IMG/VR virus record: IMGVR_UViG_3300032330_001197
Span: 1 to 28,965 of that record
Direction: 5' to 3' (one strand)
Source: a virus
Taxonomy: Duplodnaviria; Caudoviricetes
DNA length: 28,965 nt
The translations under genes were made by a program, and so were the position numbers. The notes below the pieces were generated by a model. It worked only from the letters and a program-made list of their open reading frames with translations. It had not been told where the DNA came from and did not search any database. Positions 17,984-25,778 of the stretch are shown here, in pieces (the first letter of the stretch is position 1; every line of letters begins with the position of its first letter).

Positions 17984-18450
17984 CCGTTATTTTCGGGATT
18001 TTCCTTGGGGGATTCTGTCAGATACTCATAATTGGTAGTATCTATATTCTCACGCAAAACGATAGCCCCGTTCTTTAGATGGAATCTACGGGCCATGTTT
18101 GTCTTAGGACTCAATGTCACAAATCTAGTTACGCTAGGATATTGTGCTTGAATTCCCTTTACCGCTTGATACAGCAAATCTCTACCTTTACCACTCTTAT
18201 AACTCCAAATAGTATAGAATATTGCGGTAGTAGGTACTGTTGAAGTTTTACTTAATCCTTCAACATCTTCAGGAACGAAATCATGGAAGCTAACACAAAC
18301 CATTGCCTCTGGTTGTTGTTCTTCATCAGTTAATGCTGCGACAACTCTACCGTCGCTAACTCTAAAATCTTTAGGAATTTCAGGGCGAACAGGATCGTCT
18401 TTTATAAAACTTAATAATGTGTGTGAAAGGTCTGTGATAAATTGAAACAT
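17980..18450 (-). CDS. GNAT-fold protein resembling the malonyl-CoA decarboxylase catalytic core
   Basis: TAIFYTIWS...G.G..L.........YP.V.RFVTLSP. Confidence 0.55.
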   Translation of the reverse strand: MFQFITDLSHTLLSFIKDDPVRPEIPKDFRVSDGRVVAALTDEEQQPEAMVCVSFHDFVPEDVEGLSKTSTVPTTAIFYTIWSYKSGKGRDLLYQAVKGIQAQYPSVTRFVTLSPKTNMARRFHLKNGAIVLRENIDTTNYEYLTESPKENPENNG

Positions 18451-18458
18451 GATATTAT

Positions 18459-18466
18459 TATTTATA
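18459..18466 (-). promoter_or_regulatory. T4-type late promoter TATAAATA
   Basis: Exact TATAAATA 8 nt before ATG 18450. Confidence 0.6.
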
Positions 18467-18486
18467 CGTATATTATAAAAATGTAA

Positions 18487-19005
18487 TTAAATCCAATGCC
18501 AAGGGTCTTTGAAGAATCTAATGCTTATGGCATACCGAGGTTTGTCACTCCAGTTAAACACATTATGCAATACTTGATGATTAAATAAAACCGGTTTGGT
18601 AAGATAAAATTCATCTATCGCAGTACAGTCCTTTGTATTAATCCAACCGTAACCGTGTTTACTTCTTAGTTTGTCTTTTGTCCGAGGTTCATTACTAACC
18701 CAAAATACAGTTTGACTACTCTCGCAATTATATAAAGGAATATTCAATGCTAAAAACTCACCAACAGGACAAAGTATATCAGTATGTGCTAAGTTAGGAC
18801 TAATACTAGGTGGAATTTTAACCAATGCAACTTCTTCTACCTGTTGACCCAAGATATCAGGTATTTCAACATTACGCAATGCTTGATAAAAAGCTACCTT
18901 GTTTGGTATATTTTCTAAAACAAGCTCCTGTATATACTCAACCAACCTAGGATCAAGGTCTATATACTTACAGGTGAAATGAGTGTATTTGGTCATGTTT
19001 GTCAT
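18487..19005 (-). CDS. 2OG-Fe(II) oxygenase/cupin-like protein
   Basis: HTD...LHNVFN....RYAISIRF (HxD..H..RxxxS). Confidence 0.6.
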   Translation of the reverse strand: MTNMTKYTHFTCKYIDLDPRLVEYIQELVLENIPNKVAFYQALRNVEIPDILGQQVEEVALVKIPPSISPNLAHTDILCPVGEFLALNIPLYNCESSQTVFWVSNEPRTKDKLRSKHGYGWINTKDCTAIDEFYLTKPVLFNHQVLHNVFNWSDKPRYAISIRFFKDPWHWI

Positions 19006-19010
19006 AATGA

Positions 19011-19018
19011 TATTTATA
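19011..19018 (-). promoter_or_regulatory. T4-type late promoter TATAAATA
   Basis: Exact TATAAATA 5 nt before ATG 19005. Confidence 0.6.
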
Positions 19019-19036
19019 GTATAAAAGGCTAGAGGT

Positions 19037-19063
19037 AAAAATAGGATCCGAAGATCCTATTTT
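19037..19063 (-). terminator. intrinsic terminator with cUUCGg loop
   Basis: AAAATAGGATC-TTCG-GATCCTATTTTT. Confidence 0.85.
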
Positions 19064-19259
19064 ATGCCAACTTATCTACGTTTTGTCCCGCCCGATTCAT
19101 TCTACGATTGGCCTCTATTCTCTTTTCTTCATTGTCTTTTAATCGTTCTTTGATATGCCTATCTTGCGTTAGCATCTCATTGTGACGATTATCTGCACGA
19201 ACTCGGTCATGATGTTGGTGAATTTCGGCTGCTTGTAAACTTGCTCGGTTAACTGTCAT
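19062..19259 (-). CDS. hypothetical charged protein
   Basis: AAGGA RBS, ATAAATA box at 19282-19276. Confidence 0.6.
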   Translation of the reverse strand: MTVNRASLQAAEIHQHHDRVRADNRHNEMLTQDRHIKERLKDNEEKRIEANRRMNRAGQNVDKLA

Positions 19260-19281
19260 GGATAGTCCTTTAAACTATTTA

Positions 19282-19899
19282 TCACATTGCCGAGCCGTTC
19301 CCGTATACTTCACTTCGGTCTTTCATCCCAACTGTACCACCTTCTGCCTCAATTCGTTTGATAACATCTTCAAATAAGATAGGTTTAAAGTCAGTTTGCT
19401 CAACACATACACAATGATACCGTAAATCGTTTTCATTGCCATACATTACTTGTCCGGTCGTAGCGTCAACGCCCGTAGCTTTCTTTACACGATTAGAATG
19501 TAAGTGTCCATGAATGTTAACTCCGAAGCGTCCTAAGCTATCACTATGGATCGGGATATGACTTAAAATCATTCCGTTCATAACATGATATGCTCTTAAC
19601 TCACGGAAGTATAATCTATACTCATCATCACGGAAGATATCGTGATTACCACGAATTAAAACCTTATCACCGTTTAAGCGAGCCATCGTTGGTAATGCTT
19701 TACGATTGATAACCACATCACCTAAGTGATATACTTTATCGGTTGGACGAACTGTGTCGTTCCAACGTTTAATCATTTCCTCATCCATTTCATGTGGATC
19801 AGTCCATGGACGAATCTTTGTTACTCCATCTGATTCTGTAAACCTACACACTCCAGCATGACCAAAGTGTGTATCACTAACTAAAAATACTGCTGGCAT
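19282..19899 (-). CDS. calcineurin-like metallophosphoesterase
   Basis: SDTHFGH, LGD, GNHD, SH, HGHLH. Confidence 0.92.
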   Translation of the reverse strand: MPAVFLVSDTHFGHAGVCRFTESDGVTKIRPWTDPHEMDEEMIKRWNDTVRPTDKVYHLGDVVINRKALPTMARLNGDKVLIRGNHDIFRDDEYRLYFRELRAYHVMNGMILSHIPIHSDSLGRFGVNIHGHLHSNRVKKATGVDATTGQVMYGNENDLRYHCVCVEQTDFKPILFEDVIKRIEAEGGTVGMKDRSEVYGNGSAM

Positions 19900-19910
19900 A
19901 TTATTCTCCT

Positions 19911-20378
19911 TTAATCAACCATTCTGAACTTACGCCAATCTTCAATGTTTGGCTTTTCATTTTCATCGTATGTCCAACCTAATGCTTTCATCATGCGATG
20001 CTTAACTAGCAAATTAGGGCTACGAAAACGGCCTGTATCTTCAAAGCCTAGCATAACACCTACTTCACAAACTGCACCACTACGGCAAACACCTGCATAG
20101 CAATGAACAACAACATTCATACGGTTTTCTAATGCATGTTGCAATAGACGAACCAATTCGTTTGCTTGTTCCTGACTACAACGCATAGCCTCATCATCTG
20201 CATAGTCATTCAATTCAATATCCAAAAACTCAAAGTGATGTACTTCTTTGAATTTGTGTGCAGGGGTAGGACGCCAACTTGCAGGATCAGTAATGCTAAT
20301 CAGCATACTATTCTCACCAGCCTCGTGATGAAATCTTTTTGGAATATCATCAGCGGCTACATTTTCAATCCAGGGCAT
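19911..20378 (-). CDS. protein-tyrosine/dual-specificity phosphatase-like protein
   Basis: VHCYAGVCRS (HCx5R); start reassigned to ATG 20378. Confidence 0.85.
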   Translation of the reverse strand: MPWIENVAADDIPKRFHHEAGENSMLISITDPASWRPTPAHKFKEVHHFEFLDIELNDYADDEAMRCSQEQANELVRLLQHALENRMNVVVHCYAGVCRSGAVCEVGVMLGFEDTGRFRSPNLLVKHRMMKALGWTYDENEKPNIEDWRKFRMVD

Positions 20379-20379
20379 A

Positions 20380-20607
20380 TTACTTCCTTGTTTTACCAAT
20401 ACGACTTGCCTTGTTCCAAGTGTATGCTACTCCATCAGGAGTCTTGCCGTCTACTACACTATCAACGCCAAATCGTCCTACAAATTCCATTCCGTCTGGG
20501 CCACGGATAGTTACAAACTGTCCGTATGCCTTTGCTGTTTCCATTGCACTGTTTAATGACAAACAGGTAGCAAGTGGAAAACCTTCTTTTGTTATTACTT
20601 TATACAC
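20380..20607 (-). CDS. hypothetical protein
   Basis: Probable GTG start overlapping the upstream TAG; the track start 20622 is also possible. Confidence 0.6.
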   Translation of the reverse strand: MYKVITKEGFPLATCLSLNSAMETAKAYGQFVTIRGPDGMEFVGRFGVDSVVDGKTPDGVAYTWNKASRIGKTRK

Positions 20608-20915
20608 TATGCTATCATCCAATCCATATCGTCTTGTACTTCTATACTTTCACTACCGTCGTATTCTACTACACGGAATTTTTTACCTTCTTCTATCCAT
20701 TCTACTTGCAAATTATTCATTCCACCTGTGTATATACCAGGATACTTCAATTCTACATAAGTAGCTAATTCATCATACTGCCCCTTCTCTACAAGTTTTA
20801 CTATTGCAGGGTCGAACAATATCTCTGGGTGGTCTTGATTCCATGTGTACCATCCAGCACCAAAGTCAGGGCTGTATAGTACTGCTACTTTTCCATCTTC
20901 ACTTAATTTACGCAT
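20607..20915 (-). CDS. conserved hypothetical phage protein
   Basis: VAVLYSP.FGAGW...EYDGSE motif; leaderless ATG 20915. Confidence 0.75.
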   Translation of the reverse strand: MRKLSEDGKVAVLYSPDFGAGWYTWNQDHPEILFDPAIVKLVEKGQYDELATYVELKYPGIYTGGMNNLQVEWIEEGKKFRVVEYDGSESIEVQDDMDWMIA

Positions 20916-20921
20916 AGACAT

Positions 20922-20950
20922 AGTATATCACAATCACCATTATTTGTCAA
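20922..20950 (-). promoter_or_regulatory. sigma70-type promoter, leaderless
   Basis: TTGACA-AATAATGGTGATTGTGA-TATACT. Confidence 0.8.
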
Positions 20951-20956
20951 GATATG

Positions 20957-20982
20957 GCAATGCCCGGCGAACCGAGCATTGC
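20957..20982 (-). terminator. 3' hairpin after the DUF2828 gene
   Basis: GCAATGCTCGG-TTCG-CCGGGCATTGC, 11 bp with one G.U, no U-tract. Confidence 0.6.
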
Positions 20983-20998
20983 TTTGAATCATTGACTG

Positions 20999-22417
20999 TT
21001 AAGCCAAATCGTAGCGACTGTTCATCACAGCCTTAAGCATAATAGCCTCTGGGCTAAATGCATCTGGGTCTGCACCCAATACGCTAGCAGCGATTGCTGG
21101 GCTGAATCCTGACACAAGAGCGGTACCGCCCTTGTCAAACTCAACTGGAGCGTTTCCGCTAGCATTCAAGTTCCAGAAAACTACCTTAGGCAAATCGTAA
21201 CCTGCTTCGGCATACTTACGTGCGATCATTTCCATTGCACTGTCATCATAGTTAACGCAAGCGTTAAATTGCATGTCGCTGAAAATCATCAAAGTTTCTG
21301 GCATTTCTGCTTGAGATACCTTGTTCTTAACAGCAGTGTCAAGGATTTGAGTGAACGCACCATGTAGGTTTGTACTCATGCCCCAATCAGAACTGACCAT
21401 TTGGTCAATCTTTTGATTGATAGAACCCTTAAGGTTCAACAACTTTGGATTGTCGCTGAAAGTCAAAAAGCAGTCCTTGAACTTACCCTTGTTCTTATCA
21501 GCAAAATACAATCCCAAGCTAACTGCGATTTCTAGGCAAGTAACTGAACCCTTCTTCCCTGCAATGCAGGTCATAGAGCCACTAACGTCAACTAGAGGCA
21601 ACACGCTTGAGTCACCAACATAGTTAGGCAATGCATTCCATTGTGCTTCAATAGCATCCAACTCGGTCTTAGACCAAGTTAATGCTGAACCGTATCCACT
21701 GATACGGCCCTTCAACACATCGTGCGGGAAGATTGCGTTAGCATTGATCTTCACACCTGCTTCGCCCTTAACCAACTTAGTGATGTATTCAGCATAAGTT
21801 GCACCATGACGACCGAAAGCCTTCTTGTAACGACTATGCGCCACACTTGGAACGTGACTGTAGTTGATGTTATCCCAGTCATTAGAACACATTTGTGTTT
21901 CAACAACAGAGGTCATACCAACAAGAGTCTTACGATATTGCTTTGGAGTCATACCGTAGAATTCACGAATTTCAGCCGCGATCTTGCCCTTACGTGGAGT
22001 CCACTTAGCAGCGAGTCCGTTGCTTTGACGCAAGTAGTCACCAAGCAAAGTGTAGGCCTTAGCCTTCATATCCTTAGTTTGAAAAACTAGCAAATCGTCA
22101 AAACGACCAAGTTCTGGCACCTTAGTGATAAGACGAGCAGCGTCAGCTGGGTTAGTCTTTTCCAAGTGCAACATGACTTGACGGAACAATTCACGTTCAC
22201 CTGCACCACCACGAACATCACGTGCCCATTGGACGATACGCAATGCTAGGTCTGGGTTCTCAACATACGCAGCGGTAAATTGAGGGATGATGTCCTTACC
22301 ACGGCTTGCACCGATGTTGTAGAACAAATCAACACATGCGTTACTGGTTGATTCACGAGCCTTCATACCATTAGTGGTACGAGCCTCTTGGTTTAGTATT
22401 GCTTCTGCGAATTGCAT
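20999..22417 (-). CDS. DUF2828-family TROVE-like / vWA domain protein
   Basis: TTNG, RDVRGGAGER, AAKW.PR, MIDAS DVSGSM...ST...FSDMQF, VFWNL, LVSGFSP. Confidence 0.85.
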   Translation of the reverse strand: MQFAEAILNQEARTTNGMKARESTSNACVDLFYNIGASRGKDIIPQFTAAYVENPDLALRIVQWARDVRGGAGERELFRQVMLHLEKTNPADAARLITKVPELGRFDDLLVFQTKDMKAKAYTLLGDYLRQSNGLAAKWTPRKGKIAAEIREFYGMTPKQYRKTLVGMTSVVETQMCSNDWDNINYSHVPSVAHSRYKKAFGRHGATYAEYITKLVKGEAGVKINANAIFPHDVLKGRISGYGSALTWSKTELDAIEAQWNALPNYVGDSSVLPLVDVSGSMTCIAGKKGSVTCLEIAVSLGLYFADKNKGKFKDCFLTFSDNPKLLNLKGSINQKIDQMVSSDWGMSTNLHGAFTQILDTAVKNKVSQAEMPETLMIFSDMQFNACVNYDDSAMEMIARKYAEAGYDLPKVVFWNLNASGNAPVEFDKGGTALVSGFSPAIAASVLGADPDAFSPEAIMLKAVMNSRYDLA

Positions 22418-22447
22418 AGTTTCTCCTTTCTGTGTGTATTATGCAAC

Positions 22448-22503
22448 AGGATGCTTTTTTGCTTCATTTCAAGTAAAGTTTTTAAATTTGCTGGAAGCAT
22501 CCT
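22448..22503 (-). ncRNA. structured RNA module B in the DUF2828 leader
   Basis: 9-bp closing stem AGGATGCTT/AAGCATCCT; CAGCAA; 5-bp stem with CTTGAAA loop. Confidence 0.65.
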
Positions 22504-22515
22504 AATATAAAAAAC

Positions 22516-22626
22516 AGGATCGTTTTGTACTTTTTGTTTCAAGTGAGAAATCCAAACTCACCTTGATAGTCTGTGAAGTTATCTCTGACCATCATCCAGT
22601 AATTGTTAAATTGCTGAACCGATCCT
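22516..22626 (-). ncRNA. structured RNA module A in the DUF2828 leader
   Basis: Closing stem AGGATCG/CGATCCT; CAGCAA; two internal hairpins; ACTTGAAA. Confidence 0.6.
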
Positions 22627-22645
22627 TTAATCTTTCAATACGTGT

Positions 22646-22674
22646 ATTATATAACAAAATCTCTTTGTTGTATA
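22646..22674 (-). promoter_or_regulatory. sigma70-type promoter for the RNA modules and DUF2828
   Basis: TATACA-N17-TATAAT. Confidence 0.65.
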
Positions 22675-22692
22675 CGTATTTTGGGTAAACAG

Positions 22693-23481
22693 CTATAATT
22701 TAGCTGAAATACTTACTGTATTATAGTCTTCCGGGAGGATATTATGATTATACAGTATTTCAAGTTTGTTCTCTGTGGACATATGCATCCATAAATGTTT
22801 TAATGTGTTTCCGGTTATCATTCTTGTGCTAAAGTATTTGAATGGGTCAGCGATTTCTTCAAATGCATTTGGACGAACAATGTCGCAGTTTAACCAAGGC
22901 ATAGCGACAGTATTAATTCCTTGTTCGTTTGCAATTTGTAATATTGCGTTATGAGTCCCAATTTTATTTGTTTGGATAAATCTATGACTCATCAAATCGT
23001 GTACTTCACTAGATGACATAAACATCCAATCTTCAACACCCACTCTGGTTATGTTATCTTCTACTCTATCAGATATTATGTGTTTAGTAGTATACAATAC
23101 CATTGGTTCCGGTGGAATATAGAAATCTTTCTTTTTTAATTGATATATTATATCAGGTCTAGTATCAAAAACTGCATCATACTTGACCTCACGTTCACGT
23201 AATTTTTTATAAGGGATGATACTATAAGTCAACCAGCCGGGTCCCAGCCATGCAGTATAAAAGTCAGGGGATATAGGCAGTGCTAATATTTTTATTGGAG
23301 TTTTATCAAAATCATTGAACAATTTTCTAAATTTATTTATGGGGTCTCCATCCGTACTCCAAGTTGACACATAGTAATCTACATTCTCTGCAAAAGAATC
23401 GTAGAAATCAAATACAACTTTGTGGGTGTATTCAAAGGTTCTAAAATGACCCCTCAACACCACTGCAATATGTTTCATCAC
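22693..23481 (-). CDS. hypothetical protein, glycan-enzyme-like
   Basis: IAVVLRGH.R...STW...YDAVF.TRPD pattern; last gene of the sugar operon. Confidence 0.55.
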   Translation of the reverse strand: MMKHIAVVLRGHFRTFEYTHKVVFDFYDSFAENVDYYVSTWSTDGDPINKFRKLFNDFDKTPIKILALPISPDFYTAWLGPGWLTYSIIPYKKLREREVKYDAVFDTRPDIIYQLKKKDFYIPPEPMVLYTTKHIISDRVEDNITRVGVEDWMFMSSSEVHDLMSHRFIQTNKIGTHNAILQIANEQGINTVAMPWLNCDIVRPNAFEEIADPFKYFSTRMITGNTLKHLWMHMSTENKLEILYNHNILPEDYNTVSISAKL

Positions 23482-24305
23482 AATAAATTATTCTTTACAC
23501 AATAATCGTACATGTAATCAGCCCAATAAGCATGACCCTTTTCGTTGGGATGCATTACTATAAAAACATCTTTATCTTTTGATAAGATATAATTATGCAT
23601 TGTCCCTATCTCCGGGTGATCTTTGTGCATAAATTTTATAGGATCAATACTTTCCCACAGTGTTTTATCTGCTTGAGTAATTACAGTAAATTTTTCTTTA
23701 TATTCTACATCATTCCATAACTCAATCATCTTAGTATGGTGATGATAGAATGCTTGGTGCATGACATATTTGATGTTGTATTTTTTTAATAACATTTCTG
23801 TTTGCCAAATTTGAAGTATCCAACGATGTAGAAACTCACCCTCATTCCAAAAATTATCAAAGTACAGACGCATGAATTTATCAATCTCAGGGTCACGGTG
23901 CTTTTGACCCATGCTCCATGGACCAAACTCTAACCAATTATCTACGCCCCATTTTTCTTTGTAATAAAATTCTCTACGTTCTGGGCTTGTCCAACCTATC
24001 GTTATAAACAAATCGGTAGTATCACGCCCCGAAGTATAACCTTCATTAACCAACCATTCAATCAATACTCTGATAATTGCATCATTGCTACGGCTAGGTC
24101 TACTTAAGTCAACTATTTCAGTTGCACCTATCTTATCTGCAAATATATTCAAATAACGATGTTTTAATCTATATGCTAAGTTAACGGGCTTATCATGTCG
24201 TTCAAATCCTCCATTTGGTAAATTCATTATTGGAGTAGGTTCCTCAATTGGATCAACTAATTCTGACGCCCAACACCAACTATCACCACATCCTACTACT
24301 CGCAT
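23478..24305 (-). CDS. SGNH/GDSL hydrolase-like protein
   Basis: GDSW, SN, GWT..R, HPN..GH. Confidence 0.75.
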   Translation of the reverse strand: MRVVGCGDSWCWASELVDPIEEPTPIMNLPNGGFERHDKPVNLAYRLKHRYLNIFADKIGATEIVDLSRPSRSNDAIIRVLIEWLVNEGYTSGRDTTDLFITIGWTSPERREFYYKEKWGVDNWLEFGPWSMGQKHRDPEIDKFMRLYFDNFWNEGEFLHRWILQIWQTEMLLKKYNIKYVMHQAFYHHHTKMIELWNDVEYKEKFTVITQADKTLWESIDPIKFMHKDHPEIGTMHNYILSKDKDVFIVMHPNEKGHAYWADYMYDYCVKNNLL

Positions 24306-24751
24306 CGTATTCCTTTTATTTTATTAATGTAATCACTACATATACCATGACAAGCAACATTGCGTGTAATCTCTAATGTAGAATCTACGCTTTCTGGTAC
24401 AACCATAACGCTGTTAATAGTTAATTCTTTGCCGGGGTATGTCCAAATATAATTATTGCTGGTTAGTGTGAAATCATCTTCTTGATGCCAAAAGTAAATT
24501 AAATTTGTTTTACTCAGTTCATATAATGCTGCAAGATTTTTGGCATGTATCCAAAGCCCTGATTGTTCTAAAAACTCAAATGGTACTTCAAAATCTGGAT
24601 TATCATGACCTAACAACCATTTACCATCAATGTATCTAACATCAATTTCACAATCGTACCCGGCTTGCAAACTTAATAGTATCTGCTCGGGAAGATTTTC
24701 TAAGTTACTATCAGGACCATTTATTAATCCTCTATGTGCAATGTATTTCAT
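24296..24751 (-). CDS. glycerophosphodiester phosphodiesterase-like protein
   Basis: IAHRG...EN...EIDV...GHD; start reassigned to ATG 24751 (ATGA overlap). Confidence 0.8.
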   Translation of the reverse strand: MKYIAHRGLINGPDSNLENLPEQILLSLQAGYDCEIDVRYIDGKWLLGHDNPDFEVPFEFLEQSGLWIHAKNLAALYELSKTNLIYFWHQEDDFTLTSNNYIWTYPGKELTINSVMVVPESVDSTLEITRNVACHGICSDYINKIKGIRCE

Positions 24752-25461
24752 AGTGTTTTTAATTTTTCCCAAGTTTCTTTATAACCGTTCTTGATATCAA
24801 ACACTTTTATTGCATCAAAGTCACTTTTTGATATTTCTTTTATTGGATAATCTATTCCATTTGGAAAACATTTATCTCCAAAAAATATCATTTTTTCATA
24901 ATAATTTTTTAACATACCGATGCATAATCCCTTATTTGCCCCTCGCAAACATATATCAATGCTAGCATTTCCACCTATAAAGGCTTCAAGTCTTGGAAAT
25001 AATTTAGGTATTTGTTCTACTAACAACATACGTTCTTTATTTATAGAGTCCCAATTAAAATATTCTTTTTTCTGTTCCATTGTGGCATTTTTTCCTAGAA
25101 CGGAATAGTTAATACTTCCAGCACGTTGTTCTATATGATTGCCTGTTTTAATGGGGTATGGACTTTCTAATGCATAGTTTTCTAACCACCAATATTCTGG
25201 TTCGTGTAAATTAAATTGATTGATTTTATATTCTCTATCTTCAATTACAATTTGATTGCCCATACAGTGAAATCCTATCTTTGCCCGTTGAACAATATCT
25301 ATTCCCACTTGATCAAGGGTAGATTGTCTTTCCCCACCGGTAACTAAATAGTAGTCTTTGTCTTTAGACCAATCTAAAAAAAATTGTTGAAACTCAGAAT
25401 CAATCACGCACCCGGTATCACACAGTACCCCGTCAACATCAAACAAATACGCTATTTTCAT
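24748..25461 (-). CDS. HAD-IIB hydrolase, phosphomannomutase (PMM)-like
   Basis: FDVDGVL, VTG, IE.R...IN.S..G, GG..SIDI...G.NK, FFGDK...GID. Confidence 0.82.
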   Translation of the reverse strand: MKIAYLFDVDGVLCDTGCVIDSEFQQFFLDWSKDKDYYLVTGGERQSTLDQVGIDIVQRAKIGFHCMGNQIVIEDREYKINQFNLHEPEYWWLENYALESPYPIKTGNHIEQRAGSINYSVLGKNATMEQKKEYFNWDSINKERMLLVEQIPKLFPRLEAFIGGNASIDICLRGANKGLCIGMLKNYYEKMIFFGDKCFPNGIDYPIKEISKSDFDAIKVFDIKNGYKETWEKLKTL

Positions 25462-25778
25462 ACCTTGTATTTATCCTTAGTGTTGCTTGGAATTTTAACA
25501 CATACTATAGTGCAATCTTCATAAAAGACAGGATCAGCAACTTCGTAAGGTTCTATAATGAATGTATCTCCTGCAACTAATTCAGTATTGCAAACATTCA
25601 TGCTACCTTTAACTAGCACATTAAATTCTGTTCCTAGTTTATGATAATGAGCATCCCACTTTTCACCCTTAAGGTGAGTAAGCACACCTACTTCAAAGTC
25701 AGATGTTTTGTGTAAGCTAGGGTCAAAGTCTCCTATGAACCATCCACGATGCATTTCAGATAATTTTCCATGTATCAT
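25458..25778 (-). CDS. cupin-domain protein
   Basis: GWFIGDF.P, HYHK..TE, GD.F.I.P. Confidence 0.75.
   Translation of the reverse strand: MIHGKLSEMHRGWFIGDFDPSLHKTSDFEVGVLTHLKGEKWDAHYHKLGTEFNVLVKGSMNVCNTELVAGDTFIIEPYEVADPVFYEDCTIVCVKIPSNTKDKYKV

Noticed and set aside
22448-22626. Leader stems as simple intrinsic terminators or degenerate tRNA genes
   Set aside because: Loops are 38 and 97 nt with shared internal motifs, and there is no T-loop or CCA. Module A is followed by a U-run, so attenuation is not fully excluded
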